A DNA stretch of 52,654 nt from Mobilicoccus sp. (GTDB lineage Bacteria; Actinomycetota; Actinomycetes; Actinomycetales; Dermatophilaceae), in assembly GCA_030538585.1 (NCBI GenBank), contig JAUNTP010000001.1:2380-55033 (forward strand), written 5' to 3'. The translations under genes and the position numbers were made by a program. Within the stretch, counting starts at the first letter, position 1, and each line of letters opens with the position of its first letter. Below are positions 9,198-19,471 of the stretch, piece by piece. The notes beneath the pieces are model-generated. The model saw only the letters and a list, made by a program, of their open reading frames with translations. It was not told the DNA's origin and did no database searches.

Positions 9198-12100
9198 GAC
9201 GCATCCTCACTCCCTGCGGGGACGTGTGGAACCCGGCCTCGACGAGCGCTCCCACGAGGGCGTGGTCCGACCCGAGGGCGTTCTCACCGTCGATCGTGAC
9301 GACGGTGAGCCGCGCCAAGGCGCCTCGGCGGATCGCGTCGGCGAGGGCGGTCGCGCTCGCACGCCAGATGGCGCCATCCGCGCCGTCGTGCTCGTCGCTG
9401 TCGACGAACGTGAGGACGGTGCGGCCACCCCGTTCGAGGAAGCAGACGAGTCGCCCGTCGACGAGGACGACGAGCGCACCAGCCTTGCGGCCGGGGCGGT
9501 GCGTCGTGTCGCTGCGCTCGGGCCAGGGCAGAGCTGCGCCGTATGGGTTGGCCGGGTCGGTGGCGGGCAGGACGAGCGCACGCGCCTCGGGTCGGTCCTC
9601 ACCCGGCGAGCGTGAGGCGTTCCGCAGTCGATCGATCGCGCCGGCGGAGGCGAACTGGGCGGCACCCAGATGCTCGACGAGGTAGCCGCGCCGCACTGCG
9701 CCGGTGTCTTCGGCGGCGGACAGGACCCGGTACATCGCCGAGAACCCGCCCTCGACCTCCTCAGCAGCGACGGACCCGCGGGTGAGGACCCCGTAGCGGT
9801 CGAGGAGCACCTCGGCGCTGGCGAGGGTGCGGGCCGTCGGGTCGGGGTCGATCTCGGGCAGGAGGGTCCAGCGTCCGGCGGCACGCGGGGGAGTCGTGCG
9901 GGTGGGGCGGGTGAGCGATCGCGAGCCGAGTGCCCCGATGCCGCGCCGGGACAGCCGCGCCGGGGCCGCGCGGCGCCGGGTCTTGTGCGCGCCGGAGCCG
10001 CCCGCGAGGAGCGCCCGCACGGGGGCGAACGTGTCGTTGGTGAGTCGGCCCGCCCACACCAGCTCCCACAGCGTCTCGACCAGCGTGGACTCACCCTCGG
10101 TGAACTGGTCGGCGAGCCCCGTGAAGAAGTACCCGCCCCCACCGTCCACGGCGGTGAGCAGTCGTTGGGCCAGGGGTGATCGCGCCGCGACCTCGGCGTC
10201 GTCGGCGTCCTCGGACGTGCCGCGCTCGTCCGTCGAGGAGGACGGGAGGGGAGCCGGTTCGGCGAGGGTGAGGTGCGCGGTGTCGGCGAGGTGCAGCGAA
10301 ATCCATCCGTCGTCACCGGCGAGCGACCCGTGCCCCTGCCAGAGCACGTCGCCGCGGGCGAGGGCCTCATCCAGCATCGCGGGGGTGTAGCCATCGACAC
10401 GTGAGGGCAGCACGAACGATTCGAGAGCGCTCGCGGGCAGACGCGCTCCGGAGAGCTGCTCGATCGCGCGCAGGAGACCTGTGGCGCCGCGCAGGGTGGG
10501 GCGGGGGGTGCCCGCGTCGTCAGCGACCCCCTGCCACGCGGCGCTGAATCGGGCGTAGTCGGTGCCCGAGACCGGCTCCACCTCCGCGCGCAGCGCGGCG
10601 AGGCTGCGGCGGCGCAGGGTGCGCAGGATCTCGGCGTCGCAGTAGTCGACGCCGCTGCCGCCCGGGCGCAACTCGCCCTCGGCGACGCGCCCCGCCGAGA
10701 CCAGGCGTCGCAGGGCGTCACGGGCGACGGCTTCTCCGATGCCCCACCACGTCGCGACGTCGGCGGCGGTGAACGGGCCGTGGGCTCGGGCGTAGCGGGA
10801 GACGAGGTCGCCGAGCGGGTCAGGGACGGGGTCGAGGAACACCTGCGGCACTCCCGGCGGCAGCGCCACGCCGAGCGCGTCACGGAGCCGTGCGGCGTCC
10901 TCGATGACGGCCCACCGGGTGGATCCGGCGATGCGCACCTCCATGAGGCGGCGCTGCGCTTGCAGGTCGGCCAGCCACGCGTCCACCTCGCCGCGGACCT
11001 CGGGGCGCGACCGGGCGGCGAGGTCGTCGCTGCTCAGCGGGCCGATGCGGCGCAGCAGGTCGACGGCGTCCTCGGCGTGACGGGCAGCCCGGTCGGGGTC
11101 GAGGCGCTGGAGCTCGGCTTCGGTGCGGGCGAGGACCTCGGGGTCGAGCAGGTCGCGCAGGCTCGCGCCCTCACCGCGGCCGAGGAGTTCGGCGAGCAGC
11201 GTCGGGTCGAGGGAGAGCGCGGCGGCGCGCCGCTCGGCCAGGGGCGAGTCGCCTTCGTAGAGGAACTGGGCGACGTAGCCGAACAGCAGGCTGCGGGCGA
11301 AGGGCGACGGGGAGGGGGTGTCGAGGGAGACGACCTGCACGCTGCGCGAACCGATCTCGCGCATGAGCACTTCGAGACCGGGCACGTCGAAGACGTCCTG
11401 CAGGCACTCGCGGACGGCTTCGAGCACGATGGGGAACTCGGGGTAGCGGGAGGCGACCTCGAGGAGTTGAGCTGAGCGCTGCCGTTGCTGCCAGAGGGCC
11501 TGGCGCTTGCCGGGGTTGCGGCGGGGGAGCAGCAGCGCACGACCCGCACACTCGCGAAAGCGTGAGGCGAACAGGGCCGACCCGCCGACCTCCCGGGTGA
11601 CGAGGTCGGACACCTCGTCGGGGTCGAGGGTGACCAGGTCACCGAGGTCGGCGAGGAACCGTGCCTCCTCGCTGCTGCCCGGCTCGCCGAACTCGACGTC
11701 GGGCAGGCGCAGCACGATGCCGTCGTCGCCGTGCATGGCTTGCACATCGAACCCGAACCGCTCCCGCATGCGCGCCGCGATGGCGAGGGCCCACGGGGCG
11801 TGCACCTGGCTGCCGTAGGGGGAGTGGATGGCGACCTGCCAGTCGCCGATCTCGTCGCGGAAACGTTCCATGACAATGGTGCGATCGTTAGGGACCGCGC
11901 CCGTGGCCTCCTGCTGTTCGCGCAGGTAGGCGAGCAGATTGCCCGCCGCCCACGCGTCGAGCCCGGCGACGCTCGCCCGCTCGGTCGCCGCCGCGTCGGG
12001 CAGGGCGGTGATCTCGCGGACGAACGCTCCCACGGCGCGACCAAGTTCGAGCGGCCGCCCGAGGGTGTCGCCCTTCCAGAACGGCAACTTGCCCGGCTGG

Positions 12101-13935
12101 CCGGGGGCGGGGCTGACGAGCACCTGGTCGTGGGTGATGTCCTCGATTCGCCACGAGGACGTGCCGAGGGTGAAGACGTCGCCGACCCGCGACTCGTAGA
12201 CCATCTCCTCGTCGAGCTCGCCGACGCGTCGACCAGGCCCGTCACCGGCGATGAACACGCCGAACAGGCCGCGGTCGGGGATCGTGCCGCCACTCGTCAC
12301 GGCCAGGCGCTGGGCGCCCGGGCGGCCGGTAAGGGTGCCGGTGAGCCGATCCCACACGATGCGAGGGCGTAGCTCGGCGAACTCCTCGCTGGGGTAGCGG
12401 CCCGACAGCATGTCGAGCACCGACTCGAACACCGCGGGGGAGAGGTCGGCGTAGGAGGCGGAGCGCCGCAGGAGGGTGAGCATCTCCTCGACGCTCCACG
12501 TGTCGAGCGCGCACATGGCGACGATCTGCTGCGCGAGCACGTCGAGGGGGTTGGCGGGCACGCGCAGCGCCTCGATGGCGCCGTCCCGCATCCGTTCGAC
12601 GACGACCGCGGTCTGCACGAGGTCGCCGCGGTACTTGGGAAAGAACACCCCGCGTGAGACGGCGCCGACCTGGTGTCCGGCACGGCCGACGCGCTGCAGC
12701 CCGCCCGCGACGCTCGGTGGTGATTCGACCTGGACGACGAGGTCGATGGCGCCCATGTCGATGCCGAGTTCGAGGCTGCTCGTGGCGACGACCGCCGGGA
12801 GCTGCCCGGCCTTGAGGGCGCCTTCGATCTCGGCCCGCTGGTCGCGGCTCACCGATCCGTGGTGTGCGCGGGCGACAGCAGGCACGGTCACGTCGGAGCC
12901 GGCTGACGACCCAGCCTGCGCCATGATCTGTGCGGGCGGTCGCGCGGCGACAGTCCCGGTGGCCTCCGGCGGACCCTCCTCCTCGCCCAGGACTCGCTCT
13001 TCGTGGATCTCGTTGAGTCGCGTGGTCAGTCGTTCGGCGAGACGCCGCGAGTTGGCGAAGACGAGGGTGGCGCGGTGGGCTTCGATGAGGTCGACGAGGC
13101 GTTCTTCGACGTGTGGCCAGATGGACGTGCGGCGTTCGGCACCAGCGGCGGCCCCCGAGAGGTCGCCGCTGGTCTGGCCGAGCGCGCCCATGTCTGCCAC
13201 GGGCACGACGACCTGCAGGTCCCACTCTTTCGTCGACGGGGGCTGGACCCGGGTGACCGGCCGACCGCCCGCGAGGTAGCGACCCACCTCCTCGATGGGC
13301 CGCACCGTGGCGGACAGACCGATGCGTTGTGCGGTTGTGGGCAGCAGTGCGTCGAGCCGGTCGAGGCTGACCCCCAGGTGGGCGCCACGCTTGGTGCCCG
13401 CGAGGGCGTGGATTTCGTCGATGATCACGGTCTCGACCCCGGCGAGTGCCTCGCGCACTCGTGAGGTGAGCAGGAGGAACAGCGATTCGGGGGTGGTGAT
13501 GAGGATGTCGGTGGGCCGACGGGCGAAGGCGCGACGCTCGTCGGCGGGGGTGTCACCGGAGCGGACCGCCACGGTCACCTCTCGAAGCTCCTCACCGATG
13601 CGCGTGGCGGCGTGCCCGATGCCGACCAGCGGTGAGCGCAGGTTGCGTTCGACATCGACCGCGAGGGCTTTGAGCGGGGAGATGTACAGCACCCGGCAGC
13701 GCCGCGCGGCATCCTCGGGCTCGGTCGTCGTGAGCCGGTCGAGGGCCCAGAGGAACGCCGACAGCGTCTTCCCCGACCCGGTGGGAGCGACGACGAGGGT
13801 GTGATCGCCGCCGCTGATAGCGTCCCACGCCCCCGCCTGCGCGAGCGTGGGAGAGCTGAACGACGACGTGAACCATTCCCTCGTCGCGGGCGAGAAGCGC
13901 GCCAGGACGTCGCTGGTGGGGTCGTCGTGATTCAT
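9190..13935 (-). CDS. lhr: ATP-dependent helicase Lhr (long form with C-terminal domain)
   Basis: APTGSGKT, DEIH, SAT, HHGS, TSSLELGID, QRVGRAGH, TSGGTIPDRG, C-terminal ATDPANPYG; coupled to nei. Confidence 0.95.
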   Translation of the reverse strand: MNHDDPTSDVLARFSPATREWFTSSFSSPTLAQAGAWDAISGGDHTLVVAPTGSGKTLSAFLWALDRLTTTEPEDAARRCRVLYISPLKALAVDVERNLRSPLVGIGHAATRIGEELREVTVAVRSGDTPADERRAFARRPTDILITTPESLFLLLTSRVREALAGVETVIIDEIHALAGTKRGAHLGVSLDRLDALLPTTAQRIGLSATVRPIEEVGRYLAGGRPVTRVQPPSTKEWDLQVVVPVADMGALGQTSGDLSGAAAGAERRTSIWPHVEERLVDLIEAHRATLVFANSRRLAERLTTRLNEIHEERVLGEEEGPPEATGTVAARPPAQIMAQAGSSAGSDVTVPAVARAHHGSVSRDQRAEIEGALKAGQLPAVVATSSLELGIDMGAIDLVVQVESPPSVAGGLQRVGRAGHQVGAVSRGVFFPKYRGDLVQTAVVVERMRDGAIEALRVPANPLDVLAQQIVAMCALDTWSVEEMLTLLRRSASYADLSPAVFESVLDMLSGRYPSEEFAELRPRIVWDRLTGTLTGRPGAQRLAVTSGGTIPDRGLFGVFIAGDGPGRRVGELDEEMVYESRVGDVFTLGTSSWRIEDITHDQVLVSPAPGQPGKLPFWKGDTLGRPLELGRAVGAFVREITALPDAAATERASVAGLDAWAAGNLLAYLREQQEATGAVPNDRTIVMERFRDEIGDWQVAIHSPYGSQVHAPWALAIAARMRERFGFDVQAMHGDDGIVLRLPDVEFGEPGSSEEARFLADLGDLVTLDPDEVSDLVTREVGGSALFASRFRECAGRALLLPRRNPGKRQALWQQRQRSAQLLEVASRYPEFPIVLEAVRECLQDVFDVPGLEVLMREIGSRSVQVVSLDTPSPSPFARSLLFGYVAQFLYEGDSPLAERRAAALSLDPTLLAELLGRGEGASLRDLLDPEVLARTEAELQRLDPDRAARHAEDAVDLLRRIGPLSSDDLAARSRPEVRGEVDAWLADLQAQRRLMEVRIAGSTRWAVIEDAARLRDALGVALPPGVPQVFLDPVPDPLGDLVSRYARAHGPFTAADVATWWGIGEAVARDALRRLVSAGRVAEGELRPGGSGVDYCDAEILRTLRRRSLAALRAEVEPVSGTDYARFSAAWQGVADDAGTPRPTLRGATGLLRAIEQLSGARLPASALESFVLPSRVDGYTPAMLDEALARGDVLWQGHGSLAGDDGWISLHLADTAHLTLAEPAPLPSSSTDERGTSEDADDAEVAARSPLAQRLLTAVDGGGGYFFTGLADQFTEGESTLVETLWELVWAGRLTNDTFAPVRALLAGGSGAHKTRRRAAPARLSRRGIGALGSRSLTRPTRTTPPRAAGRWTLLPEIDPDPTARTLASAEVLLDRYGVLTRGSVAAEEVEGGFSAMYRVLSAAEDTGAVRRGYLVEHLGAAQFASAGAIDRLRNASRSPGEDRPEARALVLPATDPANPYGAALPWPERSDTTHRPGRKAGALVVLVDGRLVCFLERGGRTVLTFVDSDEHDGADGAIWRASATALADAIRRGALARLTVVTIDGENALGSDHALVGALVEAGFHTSPQGVRMRRA

Positions 13936-13942
13936 CGGCCAC

Positions 13943-13965
13943 AGCCTGCCAGGTGGCACCGACAA
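13943..13965 (-). promoter_or_regulatory. PafBC/RecA-NDp-type DNA-damage promoter of lhr-nei (leaderless)
   Basis: Minus strand TTGTCGGTG-CCACCTGG-CAGGCT, 7 nt before the lhr ATG; consensus tTGTCRgtg-N8-TAnnnT with one -10 mismatch. Confidence 0.75.
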
Positions 13966-14008
13966 CCGCCCGCGCGCAGGTGCCAACGGCGCGTGTTTGA
14001 CTGACCGC

Positions 14009-14245
14009 ATGAGGGAGAGCGAGTTCTGGACGTTGATGAGCGACGAGTTCGGTGAGGTCTACGCCCGCGTCGTCGCCAGCGACCAGCACCTCGGCTCGCT
14101 GGGGGATCGGACGGTCGCCGAGGCGATCGATCAGGGGGTCCCACCCCGCCGCGTGTGGGAGGCCCTGTGCGTCCACATGGACGTGCCGGAGGAGCGTCGG
14201 CTCGGGCGGGTGCGACCGCTGCGGCAGGGCCCGATCGACGACTGA
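14009..14245 (+). CDS. DUF3046 family small protein
   Basis: MRESEFWTLMSDEFG...LGDRTVAEAIDQGVPPRRVWEALC..MDVP; conserved upstream of recA in Actinobacteria. Confidence 0.88.
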   Translation: MRESEFWTLMSDEFGEVYARVVASDQHLGSLGDRTVAEAIDQGVPPRRVWEALCVHMDVPEERRLGRVRPLRQGPIDD

Positions 14246-14285
14246 CGAGACGCGCGACGCGCCGGGAGCGGCCACCTCCGGCAGA

Positions 14286-14301
14286 TCGAACACGTGTTCG
14301 C
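14286..14301. promoter_or_regulatory. LexA (SOS) box upstream of recA
   Basis: TCGAAC-ACGT-GTTCGC versus actinobacterial TCGAAC-N4-GTTCGA; abuts a TAGCCT -10. Confidence 0.9.
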
Positions 14302-14367
14302 TAGCCTGTCCCCAGGTGCTCACCTCGACCGCCAGTCGTCCACAGCCCGACCGCTGTGGGGAGAGGG

Positions 14368-14390
14368 TTGTCGGTGGTGGCATCTAGCGT
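14368..14390 (+). promoter_or_regulatory. PafBC/RecA-NDp promoter of recA
   Basis: TTGTCGGTG-GTGGCATC-TAGCGT, exact match to the consensus. Confidence 0.88.
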
Positions 14391-14465
14391 CCGACATGTA
14401 CCGGAGCATCCGGGGCACGTCGCCGGTGGGCGCGCCCGACACCATCACGAAAGCAGGTGAGCCGC

Positions 14466-15542
14466 ATGGCGAGTGCCGCGGACCAAAAGCAGATCGACCT
14501 CAAGGCCAAGAGCCTCGATGTGGTCATGGGCCAGATCGAGAAGAACTTCGGCAAGGGCGCCGTCATGCGCCTCGGCGACGACGTCCGTCCGCCGATCCAG
14601 ACCATCCCCACCGGCGCCATCGCCCTCGACGTCGCGCTCGGCATCGGCGGCCTGCCCCGTGGACGCGTCATCGAGGTCTACGGGCCGGAGTCCTCCGGTA
14701 AGACGACGGTCGCCCTGCACGCGGTCGCCAACGCACAGAAGAACGGCGGCATCGCCGCGTTCATCGACGCTGAGCACGCTCTCGACCCCGAGTACGCCAA
14801 GAAGCTCGGTGTCGACACCGACGCCCTGCTCGTCAGCCAGCCCGACACCGGTGAGCAGGCGCTCGAGATCGCCGACATGCTGATCCGTTCGGGTGCGCTC
14901 GACATCATCGTCATCGACTCCGTCGCGGCGCTCGTGCCCCGCGCCGAGATCGAGGGCGAGATGGGCGACAGCCACGTCGGTCTGCAGGCGCGCCTCATGA
15001 GCCAGGCGCTGCGCAAGATCACCGGTGCCCTCTCCAGCTCCGGCACGACGGCCATCTTCATCAACCAGCTTCGCGAGAAGATCGGGGTCATGTTCGGTTC
15101 GCCCGAGACGACCACCGGCGGTAAGGCGCTCAAGTTCTACGCCTCCGTGCGTTTGGACGTGCGCCGCATCGAGACCCTCAAGGACGGCACCGAGCCCGTC
15201 GGTAACCGCACCCGGGTCAAGGTCGTCAAGAACAAGGTGAGCCCGCCGTTCAAGCAGGCCGAGTTCGACATCCTCTACGGCCAGGGCATCTCCCGCGAGG
15301 GTGGCCTGCTCGACATGGGCGTGGAGCACGGGTTCGTGCGCAAGTCGGGGGCCTGGTACACCTACGACGGTGACCAACTGGGTCAGGGCAAGGAGAACGC
15401 CCGCAATTTCCTCAAGGACAACCCGGCCCTCACCGACGAACTGGAACGCAAGATCCTCGCCAAGCTCGGCATCGGTGTCGCCGCCGAGCAGGAGGAGGCG
15501 GCAGACGAGACGGCGCCGGTCGAGGCGCCCGTCCCGTTCTGA
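14466..15542 (+). CDS. recA: Recombinase RecA
   Basis: [41 protein letters not shown]; no intein. Confidence 0.99.
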   Translation: MASAADQKQIDLKAKSLDVVMGQIEKNFGKGAVMRLGDDVRPPIQTIPTGAIALDVALGIGGLPRGRVIEVYGPESSGKTTVALHAVANAQKNGGIAAFIDAEHALDPEYAKKLGVDTDALLVSQPDTGEQALEIADMLIRSGALDIIVIDSVAALVPRAEIEGEMGDSHVGLQARLMSQALRKITGALSSSGTTAIFINQLREKIGVMFGSPETTTGGKALKFYASVRLDVRRIETLKDGTEPVGNRTRVKVVKNKVSPPFKQAEFDILYGQGISREGGLLDMGVEHGFVRKSGAWYTYDGDQLGQGKENARNFLKDNPALTDELERKILAKLGIGVAAEQEEAADETAPVEAPVPF

Positions 15543-15546
15543 TCGG

Positions 15547-16158
15547 GTGAGCGACCCACGACTCGAACGGGCTCGTGCCGCGCTGGCCGAGGCGGAGCTC
15601 GCCGCCTCGGCCGCCGGGCTGGCTGCGGGCGCGGCCGCGGCCGGAGCGGCGTCGCCGCCCGACCACGGTGACGCGAGCGACGAGCACGCCGCAGCACGGC
15701 AGATCGTCTTGCGCCAACTCGCCGCGGGGCCCCGCAGCCGCGCGCAACTGGAGAGCAAACTCGCTGCCAAGGAGATCGACCCTGACGTGGCGGCCGACGT
15801 TCTCGACCGGTTCGCGCAGGTAGGTCTCGTCGACGACGAGGAGTTCGCCGGGATGCTGGTGCGCTCTCAACAGGCCAATCGCGGCCTGTCCCGCCGGGGG
15901 CTCGCCCACGAGCTGCGCAAAAAAGGCATCGCCGACGATGTGGCCGCCGACGCTCTCGCCGAGGTCGACGCGAGCAGCGAACGCGCCCGCGCCGAAGACC
16001 TCGTCGCCAGCCGCCTGCGCCGCCTGCACGGGTTGCCGCGCGAGGTGCAGATGCGTCGCCTCGCCGGGTTCCTCGCCCGCAAGGGCTACCCGGGTGAGAT
16101 GAGCTTCACCGTCATCCGGCAGGCGCTCGACAACGCCGACGAACACGCCCGCGACTGA
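15547..16158 (+). CDS. recX: Regulatory protein RecX
   Basis: [34 protein letters not shown]; directly after recA. Confidence 0.92.
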   Translation: MSDPRLERARAALAEAELAASAAGLAAGAAAAGAASPPDHGDASDEHAAARQIVLRQLAAGPRSRAQLESKLAAKEIDPDVAADVLDRFAQVGLVDDEEFAGMLVRSQQANRGLSRRGLAHELRKKGIADDVAADALAEVDASSERARAEDLVASRLRRLHGLPREVQMRRLAGFLARKGYPGEMSFTVIRQALDNADEHARD

Positions 16159-16172
16159 GCTCTACCCCGTCA

Positions 16173-16214
16173 ACTCGCCGAGACCGTCGGTTCGAACCGA
16201 CGGTTTCGGCGAGT
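16173..16214. repeat. 42-bp near-perfect palindrome (possible recA-recX terminator; related copy at 40601-40633)
   Basis: ACTCGCCGAGACCGTCGGTTCGAACCGACGGTTTCGGCGAGT. Confidence 0.75.
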
Positions 16215-16243
16215 GCGGGCGGGCCCGTACCCTGGAGGGCGCG

Positions 16244-17767
16244 ATGACGACCAACACCCACAAGACTTACGACGTGCGCACCCACGGGTGCCAGATGAAC
16301 GTCCACGATTCCGAACGCCTCGCCGGCCTCCTCGAGACCGCCGGGTACATCGACCTGCGCAGTGTTCCCGAGGACGTGCGGCCCGAGGCGGCCGACGTCG
16401 TCGTGTTCAACACCTGCGCCGTGCGCGAGAACGCCGACAACAAGCTCTACGGCAACCTCGGCCAGCTCCGCCCGGTCAAGACCCGCAACCCCGACATGCA
16501 GATCGCGGTCGGCGGATGCATGGCGCAGAAGGACCGTGACCTCATCGTCCGCAAAGCGCCCTGGGTCGACGTCGTCTTCGGCACCCACAACATCGGCAGC
16601 CTCCCGGCGCTGCTCGACCGGTCGCGGCACAACAAGCGCGCCGAGGTCGAGATCCTCGAAGCGCTCGAGACGTTCCCGAGCACCCTGCCGACCCGGCGCG
16701 ATTCGGCGTATTCGGGCTGGGTGTCGATCAGCGTGGGCTGCAACAACACGTGCACGTTCTGCATCGTGCCCGCCCTGCGCGGCAAGGAGGCCGACCGGCG
16801 ACCCGGCGACATCCTCGCCGAGGTCGAGGCGCTCGTCGCCCAGGGCGTTGTCGAGATCACGCTGCTCGGGCAGAACGTCAACACCTACGGCGTGGAGTTC
16901 GGCGACCGGCAGGCGTTCGGCAAGCTGCTGCGTGCGTGCGGTGAGATCGACGGGCTGGAGCGGGTGCGCTTCACGAGCCCCCACCCGGCGGCGTTCACCA
17001 GCGATGTCATCGACGCCATGGCGGAGACACCCAACGTCATGCCGAGCCTGCACATGCCGCTGCAGTCGGGCTCGGACCGCATCCTCAAGGCGATGCGCCG
17101 CTCGTACCGGAGCGAGAAGTTCCTCGGCATCCTGGAGGAGGTGCGTGAACGCATCCCGGAGGCGGCGATCACCACCGACATCATCGTCGGGTTCCCCGGC
17201 GAAACCGATGACGACTTCGAGGGCACCCTCGAGGTGGTGCGCCAGGCCAGGTTCTCCTCGGCGTTCACGTTCCAGTACTCGATCCGCCCCGGTACGCCCG
17301 CGGCGACGATGCCCGATCAGATCCCGAAGGCCGTCGTACAGGAGCGGTTCGAGCGGTTGGTCGCCCTGCAGGACGACGTGTCGTGGGCCGAGAACCGCAC
17401 CCTCGAAGGCCGCGAGGTCGAGGTGCTCGTCGCTCCGTTCGAGGGGCGTAAGGACACCGAGACGGCGCGCATGTCGGGCCGCGCCCGCGACAACCGCCTG
17501 GTCCACTTCGCGGTGCCCGAGGGCATCGCCGACGCGGACCGGCCGCGACCCGGTGACGCGGTGACGGTCGGCGTCACCTACGGCGCCCCGCACCACCTCG
17601 TCGCCGACTCTGCCGCGGCAGGCGGCACGTTCTCGGTGCGTCGAACGGCAGGCGGTGACGCCTGGGCGGCCGCGCAGGACAACCCGGTCCCCGGCAAGGC
17701 CGCGGTGTCGTTGGGCATGCCGTCCATCGGTGCACCACGCACCGTCCCCGTCGTCGGCTGCGGCTGA
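16244..17767 (+). CDS. miaB: tRNA i6A37 methylthiotransferase MiaB
   Basis: [33 protein letters not shown]-terminal TRAM domain. Confidence 0.97.
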   Translation: MTTNTHKTYDVRTHGCQMNVHDSERLAGLLETAGYIDLRSVPEDVRPEAADVVVFNTCAVRENADNKLYGNLGQLRPVKTRNPDMQIAVGGCMAQKDRDLIVRKAPWVDVVFGTHNIGSLPALLDRSRHNKRAEVEILEALETFPSTLPTRRDSAYSGWVSISVGCNNTCTFCIVPALRGKEADRRPGDILAEVEALVAQGVVEITLLGQNVNTYGVEFGDRQAFGKLLRACGEIDGLERVRFTSPHPAAFTSDVIDAMAETPNVMPSLHMPLQSGSDRILKAMRRSYRSEKFLGILEEVRERIPEAAITTDIIVGFPGETDDDFEGTLEVVRQARFSSAFTFQYSIRPGTPAATMPDQIPKAVVQERFERLVALQDDVSWAENRTLEGREVEVLVAPFEGRKDTETARMSGRARDNRLVHFAVPEGIADADRPRPGDAVTVGVTYGAPHHLVADSAAAGGTFSVRRTAGGDAWAAAQDNPVPGKAAVSLGMPSIGAPRTVPVVGCG

Positions 17768-18055
17768 CCAGCACCTCGGAGACAGAAGCTCACCTTCGCG
17801 CGGGGAACTCAGTTGGGCGAGAGAGGCTCACCGTCGACGGTGAGTTCGGCTGGGCAGGGTGAGTCCGGCTCGCGCAGGTGAGTTTCTGTGTGCGGGGTGA
17901 GTTCGGTGTTCAGCTGACCAGCACCCTGACCACAAACGCTCACCTGGGCGCGGGGAACTCAGTTGGGCGAGAGAAGCTCACCGTCGACGGTGAGGTCGGC
18001 TGGGCGGGGTGAGTGTGGCTCTCCGGGGTGAGCCTTTGTGGGCAGGGTGAGTTCG
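17763..18055. repeat. Tandem duplication of a 150-bp palindromic element with 19-bp internal periodicity
   Basis: Units start GCTGACCAGCACC at 17763 and 17913; each is centred on CTCACCGTCGACGGTGAG with CTCA(CC) and GGTGAG motifs every 19 bp. Confidence 0.9.
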
Positions 18056-18126
18056 ACGCGAGTACATGGGTGCGTCTCGCCGCCGTGTGCCTGGGCGGCT
18101 GTGAGGTGGATGGGAGGATGAGCCCC

Positions 18127-19035
18127 ATGCATCCCCTCGTCGCGATCGTCGGTGCCACGGCCACCGGCAAGTCGGCGCTGGCCCTGGACGTGGCCGAGCG
18201 GCTCGGCGGCGAGATCGTCGGCGCGGACGCCTCACAGCTCTACCGCGGCATGGACATCGGTACCGCGAAGCTGCCGATCGAGGAGCGGCGGGGGGTCGCG
18301 CACCATCAGATCGACGTCCTCGACATCCATGAGGACGCCAGCGTCGCCGCCTACCAGCAGGAGGCCCGCGCCGACATCGAGGCCATCTACGCCAGGGGAC
18401 GCGTCCCTGTGCTGGTCGGCGGCAGCGGGCTCTACGTGCGAGCAGCCCTGGACCACCTGGAGATACCCCCGACCGACGCCGCCGTGCGAACCGCCCTGGA
18501 GGCCAAGGCTGAGCAGGTCGGCACACCCGCCATGCTCGCGCGGTTGCGGGGCGTCGATCCGGTCGCGGCCGAGGCAATCGAGCCCAACAACCGACGCCGC
18601 ATCGTGCGTGCCCTCGAAGTCATCGAGCTCACCGGCCGTCCGTTCTCGGCCACCATGCCGCGCCGAGAGTATCTACGGCCGACCGTCACCCTCGGGTTGA
18701 CCCTGGACCGCGGCGTGCTCGACAAACGGATCGGAGCACGCACCCGAGGGATGTGGCGCGACGGGCTCATCGAGGAGGTGACGGCCCTGGAGACGCGCGG
18801 CCTGTCCGGCACCCGAACGGCGTCGAGGGCCGTGGGCTACCGGGAAGCGCTGGCGCAGATCACCGGTCGGATGAGCGAGGACGACGCCATCGAGGCGACG
18901 ACGACGGCGACGCGCCGCCTGGTCCGCCGGCAGGAGAGCTGGTTTCGCCCCGACCCGCGCATCGCGTGGTTGTCCGCCGACCATCCGCAGCTCCTCGACG
19001 AGGCGCTGACCTGCATCGAGACCGCGCACGCCTGA
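18127..19035 (+). CDS. miaA: tRNA dimethylallyltransferase MiaA
   Basis: GATATGKS, DASQLYRGMDIGTAK, HHQID, VGGSGLY, RRQESWF; start could be 18118. Confidence 0.96.
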   Translation: MHPLVAIVGATATGKSALALDVAERLGGEIVGADASQLYRGMDIGTAKLPIEERRGVAHHQIDVLDIHEDASVAAYQQEARADIEAIYARGRVPVLVGGSGLYVRAALDHLEIPPTDAAVRTALEAKAEQVGTPAMLARLRGVDPVAAEAIEPNNRRRIVRALEVIELTGRPFSATMPRREYLRPTVTLGLTLDRGVLDKRIGARTRGMWRDGLIEEVTALETRGLSGTRTASRAVGYREALAQITGRMSEDDAIEATTTATRRLVRRQESWFRPDPRIAWLSADHPQLLDEALTCIETAHA

Positions 19036-19099
19036 CTACCGGCGCCGACAGGTGGTCCGCGGCGGACGCCCACGCGTGTGCGGGAGCGGGGACGTCAGG

Positions 19100-19270
19100 T
19101 CAGTGCGCGTCGGCGCCGAGGCGGCGGGTGCTCGCCGTGTGCACGAGGTGTCCGGCGTGAGCGATGTTGCGGAGCGTGGTGCGGTGCTCACCGGTGCCCA
19201 TGCGTGCACCGACGACCGACAGGCCGACGATCGGCAGGAGGAACGAGGCGAGCGCGAAGGTGAACAGCAT
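19100..19270 (-). CDS. Putative 56-aa single-TM small protein (not in the ORF track)
   Basis: MLFTFALASFLLPIVGLSVVGARMGTGEHRTTLRNIAHAGHLVHTASTRRLGADAH; AAGGGGG RBS upstream; GC-rich third positions. Confidence 0.55.
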   Translation of the reverse strand: MLFTFALASFLLPIVGLSVVGARMGTGEHRTTLRNIAHAGHLVHTASTRRLGADAH

Positions 19271-19471
19271 GGAACAACCCCCTTGGGTGATCTGTGGATG
19301 TGGCCGCGGACGTTGCGGCGCGAGAAGACGTCGCCCGTGTGGGGTGACAGGTCGATAGTGCCGTCGTCAACTAGTCAGCACAAGTGTGTCTTGCTGAGTC
19401 TCATCGTGTAGCAGCGCTACATCGTCTGAGAGGCCGATGCGGCAGGTCCGGTCGGGTGACAGACTGCCGTC

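Noticed and set aside
14466-15542. Intein in RecA
   Set aside because: Normal length and continuous motifs
17763-18055. CRISPR array
   Set aside because: Conserved part is only about 6 nt with 13-nt gaps, orientation flips within each unit, and there are no cas genes
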